Notes: a model not told the origin generated them from the letters alone. Counted from the first letter of the whole stretch, positions 33,174-46,324 are shown. The stretch is 62,662 bases of DNA, filler included, from Stramenopiles sp. TOSAG23-2 (GCA_900128395.1; 11 parts of 11 records of this genome joined end to end with filler, not necessarily neighbours in it), one strand, 5' to 3'. Program-made: numbers and translations.

Positions 33174-33852
33174 NNNNNNNNNNNNNNNNNNNNNNNNNNN
33201 NNNNNNNNNNNNNNNNNTTAATTAATTAANNNNNNNNNNNNNNNNNNNNNNNNNNNNNNNNNNNNNNNNNNNNTTTATAAATGAAAATGATATGTAAATC
33301 CATTTGTGGAGTGTAAATATATTATATATATTGATGGAAATGGACTTGGATTAAATATACTGTAATGCAAATCCAAGTTTCATTCATATATTAATATCTG
33401 CAACAAAAAAAATCATCATCATCAAAAAGGCCGGCAGGAAAATCAGACCAAAAGTTACTAGCCCGTAATAGCATTGTAAAACCTTAAAAATATCCTTGAT
33501 TGAACTCGAATTAGAAGCTACACAGCAGCACTAAATCTTAATCACTGTGTGCATGTTTTTTGTATTATAGTGATGTGAAGCTTTTGCTTTTCAAAAAAGC
33601 CTCCACACAGCATTGTTTGCAATGCTATTTCTATTATATTATTATTATGTAAACCAAAATTGCGAAGTTTTTAGTTGAGTTCATTTTTTTACTACTGGAA
33701 ATTAAAATAGCACAATAATACAATGGCGGAGCAAATTGAAATTGGTTAAAAACATGTATATAATAAAGATTATAAAAGCATAAGTTCAATATATTATATA
33801 TTATAGAAATATATATTGAAATATAAATTTATTTGATGAAAAGATTCATAAA

Positions 33853-34806
33853 GTGAACTGTACAATGTGTAAAAAATGTGTTCAGAAACAAGTGACAAGG
33901 ATGTATAACAAAAAACTTGATGAAGGAATGGTTTTAAGTGATACTTGCCAAGCAATGGTAGATATTGTTCCTCACCGTGATCATGCCCATATTCGATTTA
34001 GAAATGCGGCTGATGATACGGCATTTGGGCAATGGTCACAAATCAATACTACGATCGAAGTGTTGCAGGAAGTTTTAGACCCTGCATTTTTTTTTGTTCA
34101 ACTATACGATGAAGATACTATATTTGGTCGACCACGTAATGAAGTTCCAAGTGGTAAAAAACCATTGAAAGAAAAAATTAAAAAAATATTGAATGAAGCT
34201 ATGTTAATACCAAAATATATCAACGTGACAGACCAAGATGATTTACTTACTTGCAGTATTTGTCTTGAACAATATGACATTAACAATGGTAAAACACGTA
34301 TTACGGTATTACCGTGTGGTCATGAAATGCATACAGCATGTTTGGATGAGTGGTTTAAAACTTCTAGCGAATGCCCCGTATGCCGAAGTGAAATAACTGT
34401 AAAAGCTATAGTAAAACGGAAGTACGAGCAAGATTTAGAGTTATTGCGTCTAGCAGCTGAGGAAAAAAAAGAAAAAATGAAAACGGCAAATTTAAAAAAA
34501 GTGATGACTCTTAATCATCAGGATTTATTAGGCCAAGCTATGTTAGAAAGTCAACAAAAGAAAGAGAAAAGCAAAATAAGAAATATTTGGGGCAACCGAG
34601 AAGATAAAAAGGATCATTTAAAATCTAATAAAAAATCAAATGATCATAAAAAGCAAATGGATTCAAATAATGATAATGACGATAATAATAATAATGATGA
34701 TGATTATGGTTTCAAAAAGAAAAAAAAGAAAGTGAAGAAAAAATCACTGAATTCTTTCTTTACACTTAATTCTAAGAAAAAGCATAATCGAAGATATAAA
34801 AAATGA
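33853..34806 (+). CDS. RING-H2 finger protein (start uncertain; first ATG 33865)
   Basis: CSICLEQY...LPCGHEMHTACLDEWFKTSSECPVCR; Lys-rich C-terminus. Confidence 0.85.
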   Translation: MNCTMCKKCVQKQVTRMYNKKLDEGMVLSDTCQAMVDIVPHRDHAHIRFRNAADDTAFGQWSQINTTIEVLQEVLDPAFFFVQLYDEDTIFGRPRNEVPSGKKPLKEKIKKILNEAMLIPKYINVTDQDDLLTCSICLEQYDINNGKTRITVLPCGHEMHTACLDEWFKTSSECPVCRSEITVKAIVKRKYEQDLELLRLAAEEKKEKMKTANLKKVMTLNHQDLLGQAMLESQQKKEKSKIRNIWGNREDKKDHLKSNKKSNDHKKQMDSNNDNDDNNNNDDDYGFKKKKKKVKKKSLNSFFTLNSKKKHNRRYKK

Positions 34807-36269
34807 AATTGTATAAAATTTGTATGTAATATTAATACTATGATAATTCTCACACATAATTATTACACTAATATCTAGTAACAGGTATTAAAAATTATGG
34901 TGTACTGAAAATATTCAGAGTCAAAAAGTAAAAAAATTGTAAAAACATATTTTAAAACAATACTAATACGGTAAAACAAATTACGAGGTACGAGCTTCGT
35001 AAAATTAAAAATTTAACAAAAATGTATGTGAATACATTAATGAAATTAACATTTTAGTCTCTTTAAAAATAATTTTTTATCTTTGATACAAAATTATTTT
35101 TAAATCTTCCTTCGATATATTATATAATAATTTCAAAAATAAAAAAAATATTAATACCCTCTCTCTACTCTCTCTCTTTTATTTTATTAAAAAAATCTAG
35201 ATAAAAATATTCTGTTCACACACATGTATTTTATGATGATGTATAGTGTATAAATATTGAATACAATAAAATTATACTGAGATGTGCCTTTTGAATTATT
35301 ACTATTGTAAATCACTCTTATGCATGTTTTTCACTAATTCAAACATGAATATATGACATATTTGTGTGTATGTCTATTGCTTGCATTTTGAATACGGGAT
35401 TGTACTTGCAATATAGCTTGATGTGCCGATGCTACAGCAACTGCATTGATTACATTCATATGCGACGTAGACATTTTTATATTTTATCTTTTTCTTTTTT
35501 TATACTATTCTAGAACTATATATAATATATATAATAATAATAATATAAATACTTTCTTATTCTATCGTTGTATATCTATATATATATCTAGGAATTCGTT
35601 GTTTCTATAATCGTTTAATATATCTTAAATCGTTAGTATATAAGATTCTTTTGGGGATATGGTTGTTTTTATTGTTTGATTGTATGTTTCTTCTATCTAT
35701 ATATCTCTTTCTTCTATATATATTGAATGTGTTCATAATATATATATATATGTGTTTTTGATTTGGTATAATACTTGTAATGTGTATATAAAAAAAAATG
35801 TGGTAAATTTGTTATACCAGGTGTACCAGGGATTACCAGGTATAAAGAGAGGTAGTTTTTTAATATCGAGTCGTCTGGATCCACAGTGCTATTTCCATAT
35901 TAAAATATATCATTTTTTTACGATCACACGACACATCGAATCACATTATTATGTATTATACCAGGTAGGTAAATGGAGTATAGTAAAATCAACATATACA
36001 ACAATCATCTACTGACTTTCATTTTTCAATGATATATGAAAAATCATTGTAATTATTATATAGATGTGTGAAACAAAGAGACATGTCACAAAAGACATTA
36101 AACATCAATCAAAAAAAAAGAAACAAATTTCATCTCTACATATAACAATCATATTATAAAATATCTATAACAACAACAAAGTAATAAAACTTATCTTTCC
36201 ATTGCATAGTTAATATATATTTATTTATATATATATTATTATTCCGAAAATATTTTTTATTTTTTCATC

Positions 36270-37919
36270 ATGTCGTCGCAATCAAAGTGGTCAAGGTTTC
36301 CTCTCAATTCGATCATACCAAAAAAGAAAAAGAAAACTTCAACATCCTCGTACGTACCTAGAAAAACAAACAATCAAAACATGCGTTTGAACAATAATAA
36401 TAATCATTCGCAGCATTCTTCACAACGTTCTGCGTCATCTACGATAATGCAAGGTTCGGATGCAATGAATGGTGGTAGAAAGCGAAAATTAAATTTTGAA
36501 ATGAATAGCAGTTTTGATGGTAACTTCAGTAATAGCGAAAGTTTTAATAGTAGTTATAATGCTGGTAACAAAAACGATATTGTAAACAGTAATTCATCGC
36601 AAAGGAAATGGATGCAACAAGAAACAGAACGACGAAATGCTATGATGGAAAATCACAGCAGACTTTTGAGCCGATTAGTTGCGATTTCCGAAGAGCAAAA
36701 TTCTGCACATTTAAAAATTTTATCTGAATTGAAATCTTTGAATAGAAACGTTGAAGTCATCGATGAACGAAATTATCGTGGTTCTTTAGCACTTCGAGAA
36801 ATTAAAGGTAAATTGTCAAAACATGAAGAAGATCTTGATAATATAAACACGCGTGTATTACGGGATAATAATGATTATTCTAGAAGAAATATTACCAATC
36901 GTAACAATAATGTTATTGATGATTGTCGTCATAAAAATAAAAAAGTGAAAAGATCAGGAAATTTTACAAATGGAACTTCGAATGTAAATAACAACAATGA
37001 TAATGAAGTTATTATTAGCGAACACAAAAGCAGCTGCAAAAATAACAACAACAAGTCTTTTACAAATAACAACAATTACAATAATGATAATAGCAATCGT
37101 AACAATCGTAATCTTGAAATTGATAAGCAAAGTGTCAGAAACGATAACAATTATATTGTCCAATTGGAGCATTCAAGCGAAAAAGAAGAAGACGGCGATA
37201 ATGATGATGATGACGACGAAGATGAATCGTTATCATTAATTAATGATTCTGAACAACAAATTGAGCTAAATACGAATGGCGTTGTTAATAATATGAAAAA
37301 TCACGAGAGTAATTCTAAAAATGGAGATGCAAAATCATTATGGGATGATCCTGATACAATCGACAAAAATAATCCACTTCATGATGGCCTTCGTCTATGG
37401 AATAATGCAGTCGCAGATGACGTAAACAAGGATGAGGAAGAAGATGAAGAAAGTCATAATGTAAAAAATGAACAACGAAAACGACGAATCAAGTTAAAAG
37501 CAAACAATATTGTAATATTCCGTCATGATAAAAACTGGATTCTAGGTCGATTGCAGAAATTTTTTCCAACTTCAAAACATTGGACCGTAGTTGATATTGT
37601 CGATAAAAGCAATGCACATTCATGTCGAGAAGATGATTTGATTAAAATACCTTCCCCAAATGAATTATCTTCACATATGCAAGAATTATGCCGTTTTCAT
37701 GAAAGTAAGAAGAAAAAGAGAAGAGGAAGCAAAAAGACAAAAGTCATGGCATTGTTTCCAGATTCAACTGTTTTTTACAAAGGTACAATCGAATCAATTC
37801 CTAGCCGTGATAATGGATACTACAACAATTTTAAAGTTGCATTTGAGGGTGATGTTGATACTATTCAATATCGTTTGATCCATCCAAGACATGTTTTTTC
37901 GCCAAAATTTTTTGATTAA
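36270..37919 (+). CDS. SGF29-like tandem Tudor domain protein
   Basis: C-terminal WILGRL...WTVVDIVD and KVMALFPDSTVFYKGTI...FKVAFEGD, resembling the SGF29 Tudor pair; N-terminal coiled coil and Asn-rich linker. Confidence 0.7.
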   Translation: MSSQSKWSRFPLNSIIPKKKKKTSTSSYVPRKTNNQNMRLNNNNNHSQHSSQRSASSTIMQGSDAMNGGRKRKLNFEMNSSFDGNFSNSESFNSSYNAGNKNDIVNSNSSQRKWMQQETERRNAMMENHSRLLSRLVAISEEQNSAHLKILSELKSLNRNVEVIDERNYRGSLALREIKGKLSKHEEDLDNINTRVLRDNNDYSRRNITNRNNNVIDDCRHKNKKVKRSGNFTNGTSNVNNNNDNEVIISEHKSSCKNNNNKSFTNNNNYNNDNSNRNNRNLEIDKQSVRNDNNYIVQLEHSSEKEEDGDNDDDDDEDESLSLINDSEQQIELNTNGVVNNMKNHESNSKNGDAKSLWDDPDTIDKNNPLHDGLRLWNNAVADDVNKDEEEDEESHNVKNEQRKRRIKLKANNIVIFRHDKNWILGRLQKFFPTSKHWTVVDIVDKSNAHSCREDDLIKIPSPNELSSHMQELCRFHESKKKKRRGSKKTKVMALFPDSTVFYKGTIESIPSRDNGYYNNFKVAFEGDVDTIQYRLIHPRHVFSPKFFD

Positions 37920-38286
37920 AAGATAGAAGGAAGACGTCTCAATAATGTATATGTCATATGATATATATATTTATATGTAAAAATGATTTGATGTTACGAT
38001 ATTAGCTTATGTGCGTATGATATTTGAAAATACATTATTAATTACAGAATAATATTTAAACACATGATATTATAAAACCAAAACTATTACGTTGCGATTT
38101 ACAGTTCAATATATGATATAATAGTGTATATATATATATATACGGTATAAAATTGTTCGTGCGTGTACTTGTTATGTACATACATATTAGACATATATAT
38201 GTGTCTATTTTTATAAAATAGAATTCATAATCAAAGCCATTTATGATATATATTATATATGTGTGTTATGTACGTACATATTAGAC

Positions 38287-38318
<32 letters not shown>

Positions 38319-38432
38319 CTATTTTTATAAAATATAGAACATTCATAATCAAAGCCATTTATATGATAGATATTGTATACCACGAGCGATCGTGTGTATT
38401 TATTTCGTTTTTGTACACATCTCACATGCTTT

Positions 38433-39251
38433 TTAAACATTTTCTGAATCTTCAAATTTACGTTGATATTCACTGAAAATATTACTATCTTCTAATATAT
38501 TCATTATATCTTGCCCTGCTTCATCGTTGACATTAAATTCTCCATTTGTTACAAGATTTAATGCACGTGCTAATTCTTCCGGTCCTTGCATCATTGATTC
38601 AATATCCATATGTGTCCAACGTGGTGGATCATTCTTTGATACTTTATTCACTATTTTACTAACTTCCTCATCAGTAAGACCAGCTTCATTTAATAATCTG
38701 CTAATTCCAGATAAAATAAAATCCATCTTATCATTACTTAATACTCTTTCTAATGCCACAGCTGGATCAGGTATTGATACGGCGGTATCATTCAATATCC
38801 ATTCCCGTTTCCAATTTATTATGATACCGAAATTAAAATAACCTATCATGCATAATAACGAAAACGCTGTGGTGCCACCTTCCGCTGCAGTAATACTTGT
38901 CTCCCCTTTTGAAACAATATGTGACGATGCAATAATTCCCATCGTTAACATTTGTAGGGACATTGCCAATGACGAGCCACTTAACAAACCTAAATATAAT
39001 TCATTACGTTTATACATTAAAATATAAACACCAATACCACCTAGAATAATAGCTTGTAGTAGCAACCATATAGCTTCAAATCCGATGGAAGCAAGTGCTT
39101 CCGTTGCCATGACAATTGCACATATGGCATATAAAATTGCAAATACTTGTATTAATATCCAAAACAATATAAACCTTTTTGGTGGTGGTACATTTTGAAT
39201 ATTACTAATATCTTCTGACAATATAGAAACGGTATCCGTATCGAGACCCAT
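38433..39251 (-). CDS. Four-TM membrane protein, function unknown
   Basis: Four hydrophobic segments followed by an acidic soluble C-terminus. Confidence 0.7.
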   Translation of the reverse strand: MGLDTDTVSILSEDISNIQNVPPPKRFILFWILIQVFAILYAICAIVMATEALASIGFEAIWLLLQAIILGGIGVYILMYKRNELYLGLLSGSSLAMSLQMLTMGIIASSHIVSKGETSITAAEGGTTAFSLLCMIGYFNFGIIINWKREWILNDTAVSIPDPAVALERVLSNDKMDFILSGISRLLNEAGLTDEEVSKIVNKVSKNDPPRWTHMDIESMMQGPEELARALNLVTNGEFNVNDEAGQDIMNILEDSNIFSEYQRKFEDSENV

Positions 39252-40496
39252 TTGTATAAAAATATAATATTTTGTGAAAAATATACGTCTTGTTGTTATA
39301 TATATGATTATATATGATAATAATGATATAAAAATGTGTTTCGATTAGATTACTATCTTTTCATGTGTTTCTTTTACACTCTCTCCTTTGATTAAAATAT
39401 TAAATGAATATATATATATATATATAATGGATAATATTATACATAATGTGAAATCTTTGTCAACGTGCATGCCCACAACAACACGATTAGAGAATATTAA
39501 TATATATACAAGCACACAACATCATAAATAATAAATAATAGCACAATAATATAGGATCTGTGGATCTCATTCATTTGAGAGGAGAGATCCCAGAGATGAT
39601 TAATATTGTGATGTGTGACCATGGTAATATTATATGTTTGGCCGATTGCCTTATTTCTCATCCTTATTATGTATATGGAACCTAATGGTATTTTGATGCT
39701 ATTTTAAATTAAGCAACATATAATATACCTGGTAACTAAAAATTACAGTATAATATATCTTTTTATATAGAGTTATCTACATTAAAGATGGCGAAAATTT
39801 TTTTTTTTTTTTTTTTTTTCAANNNNNNNNNNNNNNNNNNNNNNNNNNNNNNNNNNNNNNNNNNNNTTAATTAATTAANNNNNNNNNNNNNNNNNNNNNN
39901 NNNNNNNNNNNNNNNNNNNNNNGTGTAAAGACATAAATATTTCCGCTTCTGAAAATATATTCTTTCTTCACATCTACACAACTCAGATATATAAAAAGTA
40001 TTACATAAACATAAACATAATATAATAAATATCACAATGCATATGTAAACCCAAAAAAAAGAAGATATAGGTGCATATAGGCACATATAAATAGCACTAT
40101 AAATAGAAGCAATCCTTGGCAATACCAGCCCAGGGCCAGCTCTATAGGTAAATGGAAACTGAGATTTTGTTAGGCAACACCAGGGATTTAAGTACAAATA
40201 TATTCGTATAATATTTTCCAAATTTTTTGCGCGAGTTTTTTTAATAGTTGTTTCTTTTTTTCTTCTCTCGCTTATACAGCATATACGTGCATACAGTATA
40301 CGCCAACTCCAACTTCTTATTATTATATTTGCGAAAGTGCAACATATATATATTGTCTGTGCATTATTGTGGATGAGATTATTACGACAAAATAAAAAGG
40401 TCAATCTGACGAATATATACACACATATATATATATATAAAGAATACGTACACTAGACGAAAAATAATAATAAGTGGGAGTGAAAAAATATACACG

Positions 40497-41546
40497 ATGA
40501 AAAAGAATAATTTAAAATTATATATATTTGTGATAATATCATATTGTTATGTTATCAATGCGGAGATAGGTTGTCAAGACGAGGATGGTTCAAGTGTTGA
40601 TTGGTGGGCAGCTATTAAATATCCAGATGGAACAACTTATGCATATGCAGATGCAAATTCGGATTCATTTAAACTGTCTTCGAATGACATGAAATACAAA
40701 ACAACAGGTGCGTTATCTGAAACATTGCAACAAGTATACAAAGGATCTTCAAAAACGGTCGGTTATGCTATGTATAATGATGAATCCCCAAACGGCGATA
40801 AGTTTGGTACGGCATGGGGACATTTTAAAGGTGTGGTAGCTACAGATAAAAGTAATGGTTTTTGGCTGATCCATTCCGCACCAAGGTTTCCTGAAACAGT
40901 CGCAAATGGTTACGATGGTTATCCTGATTTTGCTTCGAAATATGGACAAAGTTTCTTATGCACATCACTTGATGCTGATACGATCAATACTGTCGGTATA
41001 CAAATGCAAATGGCACGTGGACATATATACGATGCGAACGTACCATCGTTTGTAAATGATACTATGCCAGATTTTGCTGATGCTATTGGGGGAAAACATG
41101 TAACATCTGGTGATTTTACAAGTGTGAAAACAATTACAACGCGTGGTGGTACTTCTTTCACATCTTTCATGAAAGCTGGAAAATGGGATAAAGAGTTATA
41201 TGAATACCTCGTTGCTCCAACACTTGGTGCTGGTGTATATGCAGAAACATGGCAAAATGGAGTTGGTGCTACACCGTCATTTTGCAATACATCTTATTCA
41301 TATAATGCATTGAATATAAATGAACTTGTTATGCCAGATGGAACATCTTGGACAAATTCTAGAGACCATAGCAAATGGTGCTGTACAATGGACCGTGGAA
41401 TTAAAGTTGCTTGTATTGGTGGAATTAATCGCCAGCATGGACAATTTGGAAGAGGTGGCGGAACGTTGTGTTTCCAAGACAATGAGAATATGTGGGAATC
41501 CATGTATAATATGGTGAAAGAAGTAAAACCATGTGCTGATAAATAA
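40497..41546 (+). CDS. DNASE2: Deoxyribonuclease II (lysosomal, PLD superfamily)
   Basis: Signal peptide; CQDEDGSSVDWW..IKYP, MYND, GHFKGV, GFWLIHSAPRFP, YGQSFLC, DHSKW, CIGGINRQ..Q..RGGGTLC. Confidence 0.95.
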   Translation: MKKNNLKLYIFVIISYCYVINAEIGCQDEDGSSVDWWAAIKYPDGTTYAYADANSDSFKLSSNDMKYKTTGALSETLQQVYKGSSKTVGYAMYNDESPNGDKFGTAWGHFKGVVATDKSNGFWLIHSAPRFPETVANGYDGYPDFASKYGQSFLCTSLDADTINTVGIQMQMARGHIYDANVPSFVNDTMPDFADAIGGKHVTSGDFTSVKTITTRGGTSFTSFMKAGKWDKELYEYLVAPTLGAGVYAETWQNGVGATPSFCNTSYSYNALNINELVMPDGTSWTNSRDHSKWCCTMDRGIKVACIGGINRQHGQFGRGGGTLCFQDNENMWESMYNMVKEVKPCADK

Positions 41547-42040
41547 ATATTACATTTTTATATATTTAAAGTTTCCAGAAGAAAAGAAGAAGCATATTTA
41601 GTAGTTGTGTTATTAACAAAAATGACACGTACACAAAAACAAACAGAGGACTTTGTACATATAATAAAATATATAATAAATACGAAAATATTAAATCAAC
41701 AAGATAAAATATATATATGTGGGGTGTGAAAAAAAAAAAGAAGAATAGAGAGAGAGCAAGATGTACATGTAAAAAAAAATAAAAGTATTTTGATCAAAAG
41801 AGATATGTTAATCATATGATATGGTATTTTTATCTCTCTTGACTATATATACTTCACATATTGCTAGTTGGTAAAAATCTGCCACACCACACATATATCG
41901 TAGCACATTTAAAAAAAAATATTACCAATGCAATAATACATTACTATATATCTATATAACACCATAAAATATTCATAAACGCACAACAATAGATGCCGTT
42001 TTTTAGAATATTTTTCTGCACCCTACACTGAGAAACGTTT

Positions 42041-42700
42041 TTACATTTTGCTAGGGATTAATGCTTTTGCAGAAGCTCTTGAACCAATTCTCTCCATCAA
42101 GGCTTGAAGATTTTTGCAATCAGCAGGAATACTTTGATTTTTATCAATTTTTAAGTAAAACGCAAGAACACAATACAATCTGATATCTGCTAATGAAAAG
42201 CGATCTCCACATAAAAAGTGTCTGCCATCACTTAAATCTGAATCCAACCATTTCATTCCAGCAACACCGGTTTGTCTTTCACCTGCAGCATTTTCAGGAT
42301 GGATTGTACCTGGTCTGCGATCTTTAAAAAAGCCTGCCATTGGGCCATTTCTGAACGCAGAACCAATAGGTTCCAAAACCTTGAATTCTACACGTTTGAG
42401 CCACATCGAGGTAACAGCTCTTTCTTGAGCAGTCATTCCAAGAATCGGAGTCGAACCACCAGCTGAAACATCATCAAGGTATTCAACAATCGTAACACTC
42501 TCCGATAATGCAGTCCCATCCGCAAGAACCAAGCAAGGAACTTCACCTAATGGATTAGGATTTTTATCACTACGGTTTTCCATTTTTCCTACATTTAAGT
42601 TAATATTTTCTACCATGTATTGACGTCCAGTTTCCTCCAAATACATTTTCACTACATCCGGATTCGGGATTGCAGGTGCTGTGTAAAGTTTTAATGCCAT
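42041..42700 (-). CDS. Glutathione S-transferase
   Basis: PNPDVVKMYLEE, NPLGEVPCL, LSESVTIVEYLD, FLCGDRFSLADI. Confidence 0.92.
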   Translation of the reverse strand: MALKLYTAPAIPNPDVVKMYLEETGRQYMVENINLNVGKMENRSDKNPNPLGEVPCLVLADGTALSESVTIVEYLDDVSAGGSTPILGMTAQERAVTSMWLKRVEFKVLEPIGSAFRNGPMAGFFKDRRPGTIHPENAAGERQTGVAGMKWLDSDLSDGRHFLCGDRFSLADIRLYCVLAFYLKIDKNQSIPADCKNLQALMERIGSRASAKALIPSKM

Positions 42701-43261
42701 TATTATTTTGNNNNNNNNNNNNNNNNNNNNNNNNNNNNNNAAGTTTTAATGCTATTATTATTTTGTGTTTTGATTTTTTCTTTTGTTCTTTTTTTTTTTT
42801 TTGTTTTATCTACATCGTATTATACATGGTTTCTGTCTATCTATAATGTTTTTTTGTGTATAATACATGTATCTTTTTATAGTTGGACACAAACACAAAC
42901 AAGTGATGTGGTGATTTTATTAGTCTAACAGGTACCCTAATATATATATTACTGTGTATAATATAGCACATTGGAACAGCTTGTAAAAAAATGGAGAAAA
43001 AATAAAAAAATATATCATCGATGGGATGGCCTCCTAAAAAAGCAGAAAATTATACTATTTGGATTGAAGTTTTGGATTGGTTAAAATTACATTATTATAT
43101 ATTCAGTATCACAACAGTATTTAAATGATGGAGTTAAAAACACATACACGAGAATTACATTTTATTATTCGTATTCACGTGTCATGTATAATGTAAAAAC
43201 ATTAATTTACGACGGCAAATGACGAGATTGATAAATAACGCTCCTTCTTTTAATCCCATTT

Positions 43262-46200
43262 TCAAGCTTTTAATCCACTTGGACTTCTTCCAGCTATTTT
43301 TTTGCTCCAATAATTACTACTATATTTTTTAATCGTTGGATCGATATTTAATGCTTTAAAATGATCAGCATTGTTATACGAAGTATCAAACATACTTTTT
43401 AATGGATCTTGGTACTGTTTTGTTCTATGATTATACGTCCTTGCAGTACGAGCAAATCCAGTGTTTCCTGCTATACTAGCAGTAGCATTTAAAGTCGTTT
43501 TACCAAATTCTGGTGAAGTAACAAATGATGTTTCATAACAATCACGTTCAAATGAAAAACGTCGATTAGCAACACGCCGATGATTATTTCCACGTTTTGC
43601 TAGTAACTGTGCATATTCATATTGGGCCTCAAGGTTAGTAATACCAAACCTTTGGGCTTCTAATATATAAGTCCCATAATTATTGGCACGTGAATTACGT
43701 AAAAAAGTTGAAGACGCAGTCGTCAATGGTGCAGCTGATCTTTTATTAAAACTTTCATTGCCATTTCGATAAGATTGTTGATGATGATAATTTGCATTGC
43801 TGTTGTTGCTATTATTTGTAGAATTAAATTCATCTTCAACAATGTCACTCATCGATGCACTTGAATCTAAATTTGCCATGGATGGCGTTTCCTTCATCGG
43901 TGAGGTAAATTTAAATGGTGAAGGTATTCCATTTTGCGTATATTGATTGTTGTAATTATTATTTTTTGTTACTGAACGATTGTTATTATTATGGCTCATA
44001 TTAGCACTTTCATCTTCATTAGATAAATCAAGCATGGATGGAGTTTCCTTTAATGGTGACATTGCATGTAATGATAAATTCGATTTACTTTCCATGATCA
44101 ATGAACGTTGTCGTCGAGCCAAACGATGACCTCCTTCATTTATGATTGGTGAAAGTCCTGGAGTGTCAATGATTTTATTTTTATTATTATTGTTATTATT
44201 AAGATGATTTAATATGTATTCTGTATTGTGACGACGTTTCAATTCAATTTGTTTTTCCTTTTCTGCTGAATTATTAAAGAAATTACTACCATGAGATAAA
44301 TCTTTCATTTGTAAATCGTGATTTTTATTTGGTGTTGTTATATTTGTGTTATTTCCAGTTTGAAATCCAGTTAAATTATCGTCATTTAAATCATTACGAA
44401 ATAATAGTGTACTTTGACTTTTATTTCCACCAGGTAATGTAATTCCACCGTTGCTACTACCACTACTGTTATTCATACTAGTATTTGAATTGTTGTTATT
44501 ATTATTGTTATAATTCTGCTGCTTCATCTGTTGATGTTGTTCTTCTCCTCTTATCTTTTCCACCAATCCTTCTTCTTCTTCTTCTTCTTCCTCATCAACA
44601 TCTTCAAAAACTAATGATCGTGATATTTTCCTATCATTGATCAAACTATTATCGCGACTTCCACTATTAGTATCATTTGAATTGAAAGACATTTCACCAC
44701 GAGAATCACTTTCATTACTACTTAAAATTGGTGATAACCCTGGAGTAGGCACGGTTAAATTACGTTTTTTCATACTACTAGTAGAGCGATATTTATTATT
44801 TGCCAGATTATTGTTATTATTTCTTGTCGGTGTTGAATGTAATATATCACTTAAGGTCTTCTTTTTATTATTGTTACTGTCGTTGTAATTGCTATTATTA
44901 GCGGGTGAATGTCCTGTTCCATCATCATCCATGCCACCAATAGTCACAGTATTATTGCTATTTGTGCTACCTACGTCAGATGCAACTAATTCTAATCCAT
45001 TCAATGATATTCTTCTATTACTAACTGTGCTACTAGCATCATCTGATCCAAACGAAGCATTCATTTTTTGAAAATGATCTCCTACCAGTTCATCATCTTC
45101 ACCACCAAAGGATGGTCGTGTACCGATAGATAATCTATGTTTCGATTCAATCGAATCAGTCGATGGTCGACCACCACCAATACTAATTCTCCTCTCCTCT
45201 TGTATATGACTATTATCAACATCATCATTATTTTGTTGAATTGGTGAAATAATATTATTATTTTCCCTATCATTTCCGATTATATTATTCACCGATTTTG
45301 ATGCTATATTATTATTATGATGAAGATTTGTTCTCCTTCCTCCTCCTTCCACTTCTAAACGTTGTTGTTTTTGAACATGTTCATATAATGTTGCCATTGT
45401 TGGAGCATCATCGTCTCCTAAAAAATCATTATTTGTCAAACCATTGTCTTGTTCTCCACGTTGTATAGTTGGCGATGATTTTTTCTCATAATTTCGTACT
45501 CGAAGTGGTGTTTTTAATTTATCAATAGCCGAACCAGAATCTAATATAGTTGGTTTGCCTATACTTGGACGATTACGCATGACATCTTCAATGCTATCTT
45601 GTCTCAGCAACCCTTTCTCACCATCTTTATCATCCGTTGAAAAATCTTTTAATCCATGTAAATGAGCTAATGTATCAATACTGAAATTTAAATTTTGAAA
45701 GGACTCTTCATTTTGTGTAGGGTCAACAAATAACTCGTCATCTTCATCTTCCTCCTCTTCTTCTTCACCATTCTCATTCACTTTCTTTGCATCCATATTT
45801 TCAAATGCTTGATCAAAATCAGGAAAATGATCTTTATCTTTTGCAATAAAAGGATGTTGAAATTCAAGCAATTTCATTTGATCGTTTCGATCATTTAATT
45901 TTAATTCAAGTTCTTGTATTCTATTACGTTGTTCCTTTAATACGTTTATATTATTTTTTAAAACATGGGAATTTTTTGTANNNNNNNNNNNNNNNNNNNN
46001 NNNNNNNNNNNNNNNNNNNNNNNNNNNNNNNNNNNNNNNNNNNNNNNNNNNNNNNNNNNNNNNNNNNNNNNNNNNNNNNNNNNNNNNNNNNNNNNNNNNN
46101 NNNNNNNNNNNNNNNNNNNNNNNNNNNNNNNNNNNNNNNNNAATTTGATACGTTTCGTTTTCATCATCATCCATCATAATATTATATTGCATTGTATTAT

Positions 46201-46324
46201 TATTATTTATAAAAGTAGCAGTAGCATTTTTCGTTATTTTGTTGTTGTTTTCTTCCCCTTTTTCTATATGTTTTATTGGTGGTGGATGGGATGGTGGTGG
46301 TGGTGGTGGTTGTCCATTTTTCAT
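43262..46324 (-). CDS. Long low-complexity Asn/Ser-rich protein with a coiled coil; spans the N gap 45981-46141
   Basis: Uninterrupted frame; repeated TPGLSPI and SP(L/M)KETPSM motifs; no recognised family. Confidence 0.7.
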   Translation of the reverse strand: MKNGQPPPPPPSHPPPIKHIEKGEENNNKITKNATATFINNNNTMQYNIMMDDDENETYQIXXXXXXXXXXXXXXXXXXXXXXXXXXXXXXXXXXXXXXXXXXXXXXXXXXXXXXTKNSHVLKNNINVLKEQRNRIQELELKLNDRNDQMKLLEFQHPFIAKDKDHFPDFDQAFENMDAKKVNENGEEEEEEDEDDELFVDPTQNEESFQNLNFSIDTLAHLHGLKDFSTDDKDGEKGLLRQDSIEDVMRNRPSIGKPTILDSGSAIDKLKTPLRVRNYEKKSSPTIQRGEQDNGLTNNDFLGDDDAPTMATLYEHVQKQQRLEVEGGGRRTNLHHNNNIASKSVNNIIGNDRENNNIISPIQQNNDDVDNSHIQEERRISIGGGRPSTDSIESKHRLSIGTRPSFGGEDDELVGDHFQKMNASFGSDDASSTVSNRRISLNGLELVASDVGSTNSNNTVTIGGMDDDGTGHSPANNSNYNDSNNNKKKTLSDILHSTPTRNNNNNLANNKYRSTSSMKKRNLTVPTPGLSPILSSNESDSRGEMSFNSNDTNSGSRDNSLINDRKISRSLVFEDVDEEEEEEEEGLVEKIRGEEQHQQMKQQNYNNNNNNNSNTSMNNSSGSSNGGITLPGGNKSQSTLLFRNDLNDDNLTGFQTGNNTNITTPNKNHDLQMKDLSHGSNFFNNSAEKEKQIELKRRHNTEYILNHLNNNNNNKNKIIDTPGLSPIINEGGHRLARRQRSLIMESKSNLSLHAMSPLKETPSMLDLSNEDESANMSHNNNNRSVTKNNNYNNQYTQNGIPSPFKFTSPMKETPSMANLDSSASMSDIVEDEFNSTNNSNNSNANYHHQQSYRNGNESFNKRSAAPLTTASSTFLRNSRANNYGTYILEAQRFGITNLEAQYEYAQLLAKRGNNHRRVANRRFSFERDCYETSFVTSPEFGKTTLNATASIAGNTGFARTARTYNHRTKQYQDPLKSMFDTSYNNADHFKALNIDPTIKKYSSNYWSKKIAGRSPSGLKA

